Source: an uncultured Acidimicrobiales bacterium (GTDB lineage Bacteria > Actinomycetota > Acidimicrobiia > Acidimicrobiales > SHLQ01). Taken from it: 64,000 nt of DNA. Every line of letters begins with the position of its first letter. Position 1 is the first letter of the stretch. A model generated the notes under the pieces. It ran no database searches, was not told the DNA's origin, and saw only the letters and a list, made by a program, of their open reading frames with translations. The stretch spans positions 2,977 through 66,976 of the forward strand of contig CAYVHV010000017.1 of assembly GCA_964451305.1 (NCBI GenBank), given 5' to 3'. This document shows, one piece after another, positions 26,685 through 35,998 of the stretch. Made by a program: the position numbers and the translations under genes.

Positions 26685-27533
26685 TCAGTTGAACTCGTTC
26701 GGGTGGGGTCCAAGTCGCTGATTTCGATCGAGGCCGTCGATCTTGGCCATATCGCGCTCGGAGAGCTCGAAATCAAAGATGTCGAAGTTCTCGATGATTC
26801 GCTCGGGCGTCGTCGACTTCGGAATCGCGATATCACCCCGTTGGAGGTGCCAGCGGAGCGCCACCTGCGTCGGGGTCTTGTCCAACGGCGCACTGATCGA
26901 CCACAAGGTCTGATCATCGAGGAGGCGGCCACGAGCGATCGGCGACCACGCTTGAGTAACGATGCCACGCTCGGCATTTGCAACCCTGATGTCATTTTGT
27001 GCGAAGTATGGATGCACTTCGATCTGGTTCACCGCAGGAACTACACCGCTCTCTTCGGCCAAGCGGTCGAGGTGTTCAGGCTGGAAGTTTGAGACGCCGA
27101 TCGACCGACACTGGCCTGAAGCCGCAATCTCTTCCAGCGCCTTCCAGGCTTCGACGTAAGTTCCGGCAGCCGGTGTCGGCCAGTGGATCAGGTAGAGATC
27201 GAGGTAGGCCACATCGAGATCGGAGAAGGTCTGTTCGAACGCCGCGAGGGCAGCGTCGTAGGACTGTGCGTCGTTCCACAGCTTGCTCGTCACAAAAATG
27301 TCGCTGCGCGATATTCCCGACTCACGAACCGCAGCGCCGACCCCACGTTCGTTTCCGTACATCCGGGCGGTATCGATCAACCGATACCCGGTGTCGAGGG
27401 CACGCAACACCGTGTCTTTCGCTATCTCGTCGTCGACCTTAAAGGTGCCGAACCCAACGGTTGAGATCGGTGACCCGTCGTTGAGCGTAAGTTGTGGTGC
27501 GTCCTGAGCTCCCGGTCTTGCTTCATTTGCCAC
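26685..27533 (-). CDS. Aldo/keto reductase (2,5-diketo-D-gluconate reductase-like)
   Basis: GYRLIDTARMYGNE (Asp/Tyr), FVTSKLWN (Lys), LDLYLIHWP (His). 282 aa. Confidence 0.9.
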   Translation of the reverse strand: MANEARPGAQDAPQLTLNDGSPISTVGFGTFKVDDEIAKDTVLRALDTGYRLIDTARMYGNERGVGAAVRESGISRSDIFVTSKLWNDAQSYDAALAAFEQTFSDLDVAYLDLYLIHWPTPAAGTYVEAWKALEEIAASGQCRSIGVSNFQPEHLDRLAEESGVVPAVNQIEVHPYFAQNDIRVANAERGIVTQAWSPIARGRLLDDQTLWSISAPLDKTPTQVALRWHLQRGDIAIPKSTTPERIIENFDIFDFELSERDMAKIDGLDRNQRLGPHPNEFN

Positions 27534-27635
27534 GTCGAATAACTCCTATACAGCTCGGAGGTCTTCTCGATTCAACCATCGGAACAATTGGTAAGGATAT
27601 GTCAGACCGCGCCCATCTTGTGCGACACTGGTCAC

Positions 27636-28040
27636 ATGTTGAGTAAGGACTCCCCTAAAGTCAGTTGGAAGCGCACCCGCACGTGCGGTATCGCTTCATC
27701 GTTTCTTCTCCTCGCGGCGGCGTGTGGCGGCTCAGGCGATGCAACGGTTGCCGATGCCGGAGCGGACAGCACCGTCGCGGCAGGTGAGGCACCCGTCTTT
27801 GACGGATGCGGAACAACCGGTGACATCGTCAACTATCAGTGGCAGATCATCGAGACACCCGAGGGCAATGCCGAGGATGCCGGCAAACTGCTTCGCGAGA
27901 CGATGAACGACTGCTCCTTCACGCTCGAGAACGTGATGGAGGTCGACGAAGTCGGCGTATGGACGATCGAGCTTTCGGTCGAAGACGCCGACGGTACGAT
28001 CGTGACCGACACGGTCGACGTCACCGTCACCGACAGCTAG
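27636..28040 (+). CDS. Small lipoprotein with a PKD/Ig-like domain
   Basis: Lipobox LLLAAACGG. The domain reads GDIVNYQWQIIETPEG...WTIELSVEDADGTIVTDTVDVTVTD. Start at Met17 of the listed ORF. Confidence 0.6.
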   Translation: MLSKDSPKVSWKRTRTCGIASSFLLLAAACGGSGDATVADAGADSTVAAGEAPVFDGCGTTGDIVNYQWQIIETPEGNAEDAGKLLRETMNDCSFTLENVMEVDEVGVWTIELSVEDADGTIVTDTVDVTVTDS

Positions 28041-28048
28041 TCGACCCG

Positions 28049-29011
28049 CTACGGGATAATCCCGTTGCACACCTCGCCGGCCAAGGCGATCATCTCCGGG
28101 TCGTGAGCGAGCGAGCACAGATTCATCGTGATGCCGTCGAGTCCGGCGTCGATCATCTCTTGTACTTGTTCGCCAAAACCATCGGGATCTCCAATCGTCA
28201 TCATTGGAGCCATATATTCGGCTGCCTCTGGGCCCCAACCATGCAGCGCCGAGTACGCATCGATCGACGCGACGGCGGCCTCATGTGTTGGAGCCACGAC
28301 ACCCATGACGAGTTTGGTGACGGTGATCTCGGATCGGTCGCGCCCCAAGCGTTCGCAATGTGCGTCTAGCGCATCGAGCTTCCGAGCGATCTCGCTCGTC
28401 GCACAGACGAGGTTGGACTCGTCGCCATATTGGGCGACCATCCGGAGCGTCTTCTTCTCTCCAGACCCGCCGATCATGATCGGCACCGTCGACAGCGGCG
28501 CGGGCGAGTTGATCGCCTCGGTCACGCGATAGTGCTCTCCGGCAAAGGTTGGCCGTTCGTCTTTGAGCATCGGAAGAATGATCTGGAGCGCTTCTTCGAG
28601 CTTCTCGAAGCGTTCGGTGAAGGTGTCGAATGTAATCCCGTACGCGTCGTGCTCGAGCTCGAACCAGCCAGCGCCGATGCCGAGCGTTGCTCGCCCTGCC
28701 GACACGACGTCGAGCGCGGTAACGGTCTTGGCGAGAACCGCAGGGTTGCGATACGTGTTCCCAGTCACCAGGGCGGAGAGCCCGATCTTGGACGTGTGTT
28801 GGGCTAAGGCGGCGAGGGTCGTATAGCACTCGAGCATGAAGTCGTCGGGATCACCAATGCCGGGCAGTTGGTAGAAGTGGTCCATCAGCAAAAGCCGGTC
28901 GAAGCCTGCTACTTCAGCAGCTTGTGCCTGTTCGACCAGCTTTCCAAAGAGACCAGCGGCGTCCACCTCTGGGTAGGTGTAGTTCGGGATCTGGTAGCCA
29001 AGACGTGTCAT
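28049..29011 (-). CDS. LLM-class F420-dependent oxidoreductase (paralog of 8362..9288)
   Basis: MTRLGYQIPNYTYPEV...FDRLLLMDHFYQLPGIG...GRATLGIGAGWFELEHDAYG. Start at Met81 of ORF 28049..29251; the upstream extension is Arg/Ser-rich. Confidence 0.85.
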   Translation of the reverse strand: MTRLGYQIPNYTYPEVDAAGLFGKLVEQAQAAEVAGFDRLLLMDHFYQLPGIGDPDDFMLECYTTLAALAQHTSKIGLSALVTGNTYRNPAVLAKTVTALDVVSAGRATLGIGAGWFELEHDAYGITFDTFTERFEKLEEALQIILPMLKDERPTFAGEHYRVTEAINSPAPLSTVPIMIGGSGEKKTLRMVAQYGDESNLVCATSEIARKLDALDAHCERLGRDRSEITVTKLVMGVVAPTHEAAVASIDAYSALHGWGPEAAEYMAPMMTIGDPDGFGEQVQEMIDAGLDGITMNLCSLAHDPEMIALAGEVCNGIIP

Positions 29012-29025
29012 GGCGTGAGCGTAGT

Positions 29026-29544
29026 TCAGCGCGCGTTGAGAGGCTTCTCGAACCAGTGTTTCGCGAACGGGTTGTCGTTGTACCGATCGATCGGCGAATA
29101 CCCCGCTGTCCCGTACATGCGAATCGCTTCGGCCAACACGCTGTGGGTGTCCAAACGAACCGTGTCGTACCCGAGTCGAACACCGTGCGTCTCGAGCGTC
29201 GACAACAAGCGACGGCCAAGCCCAATGCCGCGCCAGTCCGGGTGAACCCACATGCGTTTGATCTCGCCACAGCGGCCATCGAGATGATGCACTCCTCCAC
29301 AGGCGATCGCCGTAGCACCGAGCTCCGGGCCAGAACGGGCGATCAGGAACACGCCGTGGGGCTCATCGAAGGAGCCCGCATCGGCGACCAATGTGTCGCC
29401 AGGATCGAATCCTTCAGGGAAGCGCTCACTCAGCTCATCGAAGTATGCGGTCATCGAAGCATGAGCGTCTGCGCTCCGGGCATCGACGACCTCGAATGAA
29501 ACCGACGCCGCTCGCCGTCGCTGTTCGTCTTCGATGGTCGACAT
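29026..29544 (-). CDS. GNAT-family N-acetyltransferase
   Basis: IKRMWVHPDWRGIGLGRRLLSTLE (acetyl-CoA binding motif A). 172 aa. Confidence 0.8.
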   Translation of the reverse strand: MSTIEDEQRRRAASVSFEVVDARSADAHASMTAYFDELSERFPEGFDPGDTLVADAGSFDEPHGVFLIARSGPELGATAIACGGVHHLDGRCGEIKRMWVHPDWRGIGLGRRLLSTLETHGVRLGYDTVRLDTHSVLAEAIRMYGTAGYSPIDRYNDNPFAKHWFEKPLNAR

Positions 29545-29616
29545 GGCTCTGACACTAGCGGCCGTCTCGTTCCACGGTCCCCCTCAGCCGGTCGAGGGCG
29601 ACGCTAGATTGAGCGC

Positions 29617-30942
29617 ATGGACATCAAGACCTACGCGATGGGATTTATGTCCCGCTGGCAATCTGCAGTACTTGCCGCCGTCCGCGGCGATGACCAGGAC
29701 GATGCATTGCTCGCCTCGCAGCACCCGCTCATGGAAGCGAGCTGCGATGCCTGCCAAGTGCTCGAAGACTCCGTGGCTGCGGGGCGGAACCCGCTCGACT
29801 TTGCCGCCGATGTCTCGACCGGCGACCTCATCTCGGAGTGCGCTCGCCTCTACCTCAGCCTCGCGGTGGCCAAGACCACGCTCAATGAGGAGCGAGCACG
29901 GGAACTCGAAGCAGAAATCTCGTTCTCTGCCTGCGATCCGTTGTGGGCCAAAGCACTTCTGCACTTCGATGATGACGACACCGTCGTGCCGTACCGCCAC
30001 TACGAGGACCTCAACGACTTTATTGTTCCCCTCGAACCAGCCGTTCGCGAGAGCGACCGGGTCAAAATCGCCTTCGTTGCGGATTGGGCGACAGGAACAG
30101 AAATTGCCAAGAACGTGATGCGTTGCATCGGCGATCAACGCCCCGACATCGTGATCCACCTCGGCGATGTCTACTACTCGGGCACAAAGGCCGAGATGCA
30201 AGATCACTTCTTGTCGATCGTTCGCGAGTACCTCCCGACAGAAACGAAGGTCTTCAACCTCGCTGGCAACCACGACCTGTACGCAGGCGGCGAAGGGTAT
30301 TACTGGCTCATCGACGAACTCGGTCAGCCGGCGAGCTACTTCTGCCTCCGCAACGAGCACTGGCAGATCCTGGCCATCGGCGCACCTCCCGAGATTGGGA
30401 ACCCGATGTCGGCTCAAGCAGCCGCGCCCGACATCGACCCCAAGGAAGCCGAGTGGCATCGCCACAAGATCAACACCGCCGATGGTCGCAAGACGATCAT
30501 GACGTCGCACTATCAACTGTTCACCGCGTCGGGCAACATTGCACGCAACGCCGACAACCAGCCGCTCGCCGTGAACCCGGTCTTCATGGACTCCTTCGGC
30601 GATGATCTCGCGAACATCGATATGTGGCTCTGGGGCCACGAACACAACCTCGCGGCGTTCGAGCCATATCTCGGTCTCGAACGTGGCCGCTGCATTGGTT
30701 CTGGTTCGATACCTGTAGCCCTCCTCTGGGAGCCGTACACGACGCTCGAGAACCTTGCGTTACCCGATGAGGTCAACACCCCGCCGGTGATGAGCCCCGA
30801 TTGTCGTCTCGACCACGACGGCGATATGTACCACCACGCATTCTGCGTCCTCGATATCGACGGTGCAGACGGAGTCATGACCTACTTCCAAGTCCCCGGC
30901 GTCGATGGTGACGCCGAACCAATCCACACGGAGCAGATCTAA
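29617..30942 (+). CDS. Calcineurin-like metallophosphoesterase with an N-terminal extension of about 150 aa
   Basis: IAFVADWATG, IHLGDVYYSG (GD), LAGNHD (GNHD), WLWGHEHN (GHxH). Confidence 0.8.
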   Translation: MDIKTYAMGFMSRWQSAVLAAVRGDDQDDALLASQHPLMEASCDACQVLEDSVAAGRNPLDFAADVSTGDLISECARLYLSLAVAKTTLNEERARELEAEISFSACDPLWAKALLHFDDDDTVVPYRHYEDLNDFIVPLEPAVRESDRVKIAFVADWATGTEIAKNVMRCIGDQRPDIVIHLGDVYYSGTKAEMQDHFLSIVREYLPTETKVFNLAGNHDLYAGGEGYYWLIDELGQPASYFCLRNEHWQILAIGAPPEIGNPMSAQAAAPDIDPKEAEWHRHKINTADGRKTIMTSHYQLFTASGNIARNADNQPLAVNPVFMDSFGDDLANIDMWLWGHEHNLAAFEPYLGLERGRCIGSGSIPVALLWEPYTTLENLALPDEVNTPPVMSPDCRLDHDGDMYHHAFCVLDIDGADGVMTYFQVPGVDGDAEPIHTEQI

Positions 30943-32339
30943 TGCCTGAACACCAATACGACATCGTGATCGTCGGCGCCGGCGGTGGCGGCATCACCTC
31001 GGCGTTCGAAGCCCAGCGTCGAGGAGCCAAAGTCGCGCTCATCGAAAAGCACAAGATCGGCGGCGAATGCACGCACTCTGGCTGTGTGCCGTCCAAGGCG
31101 TTAATCGATGTGGCCAAGAGCTACACCGCCGCCCAAAACAGCACCAAACACGGCCTACATCAGCTCGATGTCGAGTCAGGGTTCGACTTCTCTCGGGCGA
31201 TGGAACATGTGAAGAGCATCATCGACGGTGTGTATTCGCACGAACAGCCAGAACGCTTTCACGGCGTCGGCATCGATACGTACATTCATCCGAGCGGAGC
31301 GAAGTTCATCGATGCCCACACCGTTCAGATCGGTGACGACCAGGTGACCGGCGACCACTTCATCATCACCACCGGCTCCGCGCCTCGGTTGCTCCCGACC
31401 GAAGGCGATCAGCCGGTCGAGTTCCTCAACAACGAGAACTTCTGGGACATCCGTGAGTTGCCTGAGACGATCGCCTTCCTCGGCGGTGGCGTGATCTCCG
31501 CCGAGCTTGGCCAGTCGCTCGCTCGCTTCGGGTCGAAGGTCAGCATCATCGACCGGAACGAACGAATCCTCGGCTCGGTCGACCCTGACGTTGCGGGCTA
31601 CCTCATCGACGAGTTTGCCGAACAGGGCATCGAGATGATCACGTCCGCCGACGCTCAGGTGTGCTCGACCACGACCGACGGCAAGATCTGCATCGACATC
31701 AAAGAAGGACCAGACGACGCAAAGGTCGACCGCAAACTTGTCGTCGACCAACTGTTCATCGCGATCGGCCGCGTCCCGAACATCAACGGACTCGACCTTG
31801 AGAATGCTGGGGTTGAATACACCCGCCATGGAATCACGGTCAACGAGGCTATGCAGACCACCGCGCCGCATATCGTCGCTATTGGCGACGTTGCATCACG
31901 GGCGAAGTTCAGCCACGTCGCGAACTTCCAGGGCGAGCGCGTTGTCCGCAACATTCTCTCTGGTGAATCGAACACGATCGACTTGAACCCTCTGCCGTGG
32001 GCTATCTTCTCCGATCCCGAGATCGGCCATGTGGGCATGACCGAAGCCGAAGCTCGCGAGGTTCACGAGGGTGTACAAACCTTCATCGTCGATGCCGCGA
32101 CCGATCGGTTCATCACCGACTCCAAGGTCGGCGGGCTGATCAAGGTCGTCATGGATAGCAACGACCGAATCCTCGGCGGATCCGGCGTCGGCGCTCATGC
32201 TGGCGAGTGGATTCAGATCCTCACCTTGGCGGTAAAGCACGGCCTGACCGCAACCGACCTTGCCGACACGATCTTTGCCTACCCGACCTACGCCGAGGTC
32301 GTGAAGAAGTCGGCATCACGATTCCTGCGGACCAAGTAG
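30942..32339 (+). CDS. FAD-dependent pyridine nucleotide-disulfide oxidoreductase (Lpd/SthA-like)
   Basis: YDIVIVGAGGGGITSA and GGECTHSGCVPSK (CxxxxC redox centre in a CTHxG context like SthA). The C-terminal FAYPTYAEV has Tyr where Lpd/GR have the catalytic His. The start overlaps the upstream stop (TAATG). Confidence 0.8.
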   Translation: MPEHQYDIVIVGAGGGGITSAFEAQRRGAKVALIEKHKIGGECTHSGCVPSKALIDVAKSYTAAQNSTKHGLHQLDVESGFDFSRAMEHVKSIIDGVYSHEQPERFHGVGIDTYIHPSGAKFIDAHTVQIGDDQVTGDHFIITTGSAPRLLPTEGDQPVEFLNNENFWDIRELPETIAFLGGGVISAELGQSLARFGSKVSIIDRNERILGSVDPDVAGYLIDEFAEQGIEMITSADAQVCSTTTDGKICIDIKEGPDDAKVDRKLVVDQLFIAIGRVPNINGLDLENAGVEYTRHGITVNEAMQTTAPHIVAIGDVASRAKFSHVANFQGERVVRNILSGESNTIDLNPLPWAIFSDPEIGHVGMTEAEAREVHEGVQTFIVDAATDRFITDSKVGGLIKVVMDSNDRILGGSGVGAHAGEWIQILTLAVKHGLTATDLADTIFAYPTYAEVVKKSASRFLRTK

Positions 32340-32349
32340 CCGAGCAGGT

Positions 32350-32964
32350 CTAGCTGGAAATTCCGTTGAACTGAGCCTGGCTACCCGTCAGTTCTTCGAG
32401 ATTTTCGTGATGCAATACACACACCGTTTCAAGGTCGCCTGCCAGCCACTCGGCTTCGGTTGGATACGGAATCGAATAGTCGAGGTCTGACGTCCAGAAA
32501 TTCTGGCCGGTGTATGCCTCTAAGTCCGCTTGACAGATCGGTGACCCGGCGAGGCGCTCAAATCGGCTCGGATACGGTGCGCCCGGGTAAAACTCGATGA
32601 GCGAATACACCTCAAAGCGGTGCGGCGCATCACACGAGACGGGTTCCAGCGACTCACCACGACCTGCAAAGCAGTCCCCGACCCGCGCATCTCGGGGAAC
32701 GCTTGACGCGACCAGGTTCTGCGAGGTCGAGATTCCCCATACGCCGATCGCGACCAACAGCACCAGTAGAACCGAAACGCCAAGTCCCACGAGCAGTGCA
32801 ATTCGCCCACCGCTCATGCCTGGCTTCGGCTGAGGTGTGCCAGCGTGAGGTGCGCCGGGATGGAACTGCGGCGGGAGCATCTGGGGTGGCGCTGGTGGTG
32901 GCGGTGTTAAGGGCATCGGCGCAGGTGCGAGCGGTGTGTTGTCCCAAGGGGTGTTGCCGTCCAT
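32350..32964 (-). CDS. Septum-formation-domain membrane protein with a Pro-rich N-terminus
   Basis: Pro-rich cytoplasmic head, one TM (IALLVGLGVSVLLVLLVAIGVWGI), then GDCF...VSCDAPHRFEVY...ICQADL...VCVL, a four-Cys pattern typical of the actinobacterial septum-formation domain. Confidence 0.6.
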   Translation of the reverse strand: MDGNTPWDNTPLAPAPMPLTPPPPAPPQMLPPQFHPGAPHAGTPQPKPGMSGGRIALLVGLGVSVLLVLLVAIGVWGISTSQNLVASSVPRDARVGDCFAGRGESLEPVSCDAPHRFEVYSLIEFYPGAPYPSRFERLAGSPICQADLEAYTGQNFWTSDLDYSIPYPTEAEWLAGDLETVCVLHHENLEELTGSQAQFNGISS

Positions 32965-33049
32965 CGAAAAGGGATCGGAGTGGATCGAGCCGCACTTGAG
33001 CGATCCTGTTGCTCTGGCTCTGTTCGGTGTAGCGATCTACAGTTCAACC

Positions 33050-33454
33050 ATGCCGATACTCGACGACCTGGCTGACTACCTGACCGAAGAAACCGCCATG
33101 ACGGTTCACGAAGCCGTCCTGTTGATGTCCGGGGAAGGCGACGAACTTCCAAAGGTTCGTTTGTTCACCGACGGGGTTACTGTTCACGGCTTCTTCCGGG
33201 CCCCTGCGGGGTTGTTCATGTGCGAGATGACCAACGTGGGTAAAGACCCCTTCTTCTCTGAACTGGAGCAGGGAAACATCGAGGTTGGCGAGGCCATCCG
33301 CCTCGACCCCAACGAAGCGTTCGTCATCGAGGGCAACTGGCCCGCAAAGAAGGTCGAGATCGACGGTCAGTACTACGCACTTCCTCGAAACTTCGCTCAG
33401 AAGTTTCAGGACCTGATCAAAGAGTCTCGGGTGAAGAAGCGGCGACGGCGCTAA
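33050..33454 (+). CDS. Hypothetical small protein with a basic C-terminal tail (KESRVKKRRRR)
   Basis: 134 aa from Met39 of ORF 32936..33454; the upstream part overlaps the divergent gene. No family recognised. Confidence 0.45.
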   Translation: MPILDDLADYLTEETAMTVHEAVLLMSGEGDELPKVRLFTDGVTVHGFFRAPAGLFMCEMTNVGKDPFFSELEQGNIEVGEAIRLDPNEAFVIEGNWPAKKVEIDGQYYALPRNFAQKFQDLIKESRVKKRRRR

Positions 33455-33460
33455 GCCCCA

Positions 33461-34228
33461 CTAGAACTCGGCGTCTTGTTCGAAGAAGAGGCTGAACTCG
33501 ATGATTCCCGTGTCTCGAACGACGATGACCGGGGTTCGTGGAGGCACGATCTCGTAGTCGGCAAAGACGACGTCGATCGATCCGGCCACCTGTACTTCGT
33601 TGCCGAACAGCCGCGCCGTGAGAGGAAACTCGACGTCGTTAGTGACACCTTTGAGGGTGAGTTCGCCGGTGACGTCGACGGTGACCGTTTCGCCGTTTTG
33701 TGGTACTTCGCCCAGGTCGATCGGTGAGGTCAGGTCAAAGTTCGCGAAGGGAAAGAGCGCGGCGTTCAGGGCTTCCCCTCGGAACGCGAAATCGCGTCCT
33801 TCTTCCCCGCTTCGAATACTTGCAATATCGACGCTGAACTGCCCGCTCGTCACGGACGTACCTTCGATCTCGAGCTGCCCGAAGACCGTCGATGTACGTC
33901 CAACCGCTTCGAATTCACTCGCCCCAACGAAGTCTTTGAAGACTCTGTAGCCAGCTACCGAATCACCAGCGATACGCCAGAGACCATCGACCGATTCGAG
34001 GTCGCTCTCGACGAGTTCTTCCTCTGCGACCACCTCTACTGCGTCGCTCTCATCATCGGGATCGGCGAAGATCAGTGCGATTGCCTCGGTAGCTCGGTCA
34101 CCGATCGAAAGTTCGACCGGGCCTTCGGCTTCGAGTCCAAGGAAGGCCGGGAGCGCAAAGAAGCCGACGATCGCGATGCCCACTACGGCGAACAGCGCGA
34201 TTGCGGCGAATTTTGCTCGACGACCCAT
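33461..34228 (-). CDS. YceI-family (polyisoprenoid-binding-like) protein with an N-terminal membrane anchor
   Basis: FSVDIASIRSGEEGRDFAFRGEALNAALFPFANF...VTGELTLKGVTNDVEFPLTA is the typical YceI signature order. Confidence 0.8.
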   Translation of the reverse strand: MGRRAKFAAIALFAVVGIAIVGFFALPAFLGLEAEGPVELSIGDRATEAIALIFADPDDESDAVEVVAEEELVESDLESVDGLWRIAGDSVAGYRVFKDFVGASEFEAVGRTSTVFGQLEIEGTSVTSGQFSVDIASIRSGEEGRDFAFRGEALNAALFPFANFDLTSPIDLGEVPQNGETVTVDVTGELTLKGVTNDVEFPLTARLFGNEVQVAGSIDVVFADYEIVPPRTPVIVVRDTGIIEFSLFFEQDAEF

Positions 34229-34302
34229 GGCATCACCATACGCACCCCAGCGGGGTTTGGGGGATTCGCCTGATGAGCTGACGGGGCGAGTGCGACGAAT
34301 CT

Positions 34303-34497
34303 ATGTGTATGAACAACATGCCTTCCCTTGGTCCATCCGCCTTCCTCAAGTTCGAGCTGTTTCCGTCGCTCATCGCGGGAATCGATCTGAGCAGTTCCGC
34401 TTTCGCAGCGGGCGTTGCCACCGTTGTGGTGTTGGGGATTGTGCTCGGCACTGCGATTCTGCTGAAGATGCCCGAAAAAGCGACGAGATTCCACTAA
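34303..34497 (+). CDS. Possible small membrane protein
   Basis: 64 aa with one hydrophobic helix (AAGVATVVVLGIVLGTAILL). It lies in the same frame as, and 9 nt upstream of, the next ORF. Confidence 0.3.
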   Translation: MCMNNMPSLGPSAFLKFELFPSLIAGIDLSSSAFAAGVATVVVLGIVLGTAILLKMPEKATRFH

Positions 34498-34506
34498 ACC
34501 GGAGGG

Positions 34507-34998
34507 ATGAGAGCCGGACAGTACACAGCGCCGCCGCCGTTACCATCGGGGCGGTCTGGATGGTTTCGGGCATGGCAGGGACTCATGGTCCTGAATCTCG
34601 TGCTGATCGCCGGAGCAGCTGCGCTCACCGTGCTCCTATTCAACTCACTCGCAAACCTCTTCGATGGATCATCGGGCGACAGCACCATCGGGTTCAGCCT
34701 CATCCCGTTGCTCGCATTCGCACCGTTCTTCTTCGGCGGGGTTGCGATCCTCGCAATCGCCACACGAAGCCGAGTCGCTGGAGCCGTTGCCAGCTCGCTG
34801 ATTCCCACAGCCGTTGCGGTGTTCATCATTCGATCGTTGCTCTCGAACCCTCTCGAACCAATTCTCTGGCTGTTGCTCCTCTATCCCGCGATCTTCTTGA
34901 GCGTTGTCGCTGGCACCGTCAACGAAGACATGCATTCCGAGCCTGACACGACGTCTACGGCGTTCCCAGGCCCGCCGCCGCCACTACGGGACCGGTAA
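34507..34998 (+). CDS. Hypothetical polytopic membrane protein
   Basis: 163 aa with four hydrophobic segments. GGAGGG lies 4 nt upstream of the ATG. It competes with the Arg-rich ORF 34176..34946, which I reject. Confidence 0.6.
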   Translation: MRAGQYTAPPPLPSGRSGWFRAWQGLMVLNLVLIAGAAALTVLLFNSLANLFDGSSGDSTIGFSLIPLLAFAPFFFGGVAILAIATRSRVAGAVASSLIPTAVAVFIIRSLLSNPLEPILWLLLLYPAIFLSVVAGTVNEDMHSEPDTTSTAFPGPPPPLRDR

Positions 34999-35032
34999 GG
35001 AAACGTGGCCTGCTCAACCTAGAGGGCCAGGA

Positions 35033-35998
35033 CTAGCCCTGGCGCTTGCGGACCTCGTCGGTGATTGCGGGAACGACCTCGTGCAAGTCGCCGATCACCG
35101 CCCACCCAGCCTTTGTCACCATGTTGGCTTCTGGGTCGGTGTTGACCGCAAGGATGTTCTTCGAGCCCATTGCGCCAACCCAGTGCTGGGTGGCGCCACT
35201 GATCCCGGTGGCGATGTAGATCTGCGGTGCGATACGAGTACCGGTCTGGCCGACTTGGTCGCTGTGAGGGCGCCAACCGTTGTTGGTCACCGCACGACTG
35301 CATCCCACCTTGCCCCCGAGAGCCTCAGCGAGCTCCTCGAGCGGCCCGAAGGCCTCTTCGGACCCAACGGCACGACCACCGGAGACCACGACCGGAGCGG
35401 TCGCAAGCGTGATTCCCTCAGAAAGGACGACTCGATCGGTCACGACGGATCGTAGGAGAATGTCGTCGATGTCGACGGCTGACTCGATCACGGTGCCAGC
35501 GGCCGGCGAAGGTGACGCCTCAACGGTGTGCGGTGCCATCGAGATGAGCTTCACATCAGCATCCAAGGTCGCGTCTTCGAGGAGTGCTCCTCCCCATTGG
35601 CTACGCGTCATCGAGGTGACGTCGGGGGCCACGTCGACACAGTTGGCCACGAAGGGCAGGTCGGCGCGAGCGGCGAGTTGTGCCATCAGTTCGTTGCCGC
35701 GATCGGTACCGCTGGCGAGAACGACGGCTGGTTGATCCGATTCGATCAGCGCCGCTAGGGCCTGTCCCCATGCTTCGGGGTTGTAGTCGCCAAGGTTGTC
35801 CGATGTCAGATGATGAATAACCTCGGCGCCGTACTCTCCAAGCGACGCGGTGGCCAGGTCGGCGCCCTCTCCCATAACCGCCGCATGTACCTCGATACCG
35901 AGGCCTCCAGCGATCGAGCGGGCCGACGTGAGCGCTTCCCGCACAGCTTCAGGCACGTGGCCACGGTCGTGTTCAACAACGACGAGAACAGCAGACAT
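35033..35998 (-). CDS. etfA: Electron transfer flavoprotein alpha subunit
   Basis: 321 aa with the C-terminal FAD signature IYIATGISGATQHWVGAMGSKNILAVNTDPEANM. Confidence 0.92.
   Translation of the reverse strand: MSAVLVVVEHDRGHVPEAVREALTSARSIAGGLGIEVHAAVMGEGADLATASLGEYGAEVIHHLTSDNLGDYNPEAWGQALAALIESDQPAVVLASGTDRGNELMAQLAARADLPFVANCVDVAPDVTSMTRSQWGGALLEDATLDADVKLISMAPHTVEASPSPAAGTVIESAVDIDDILLRSVVTDRVVLSEGITLATAPVVVSGGRAVGSEEAFGPLEELAEALGGKVGCSRAVTNNGWRPHSDQVGQTGTRIAPQIYIATGISGATQHWVGAMGSKNILAVNTDPEANMVTKAGWAVIGDLHEVVPAITDEVRKRQG

Noticed and set aside
29584-30645. 353-aa minus-strand ORF
   Set aside because: It is antisense to the metallophosphoesterase gene, which has GD/GNHD/GHxH motifs.
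34176-34946. 256-aa plus-strand ORF overlapping the 34303 and 34507 ORFs
   Set aside because: Its product is Arg/His/Ser-rich. It starts inside the YceI gene and competes with a hydrophobic membrane-protein frame that has a good GGAGGG ribosome-binding site.
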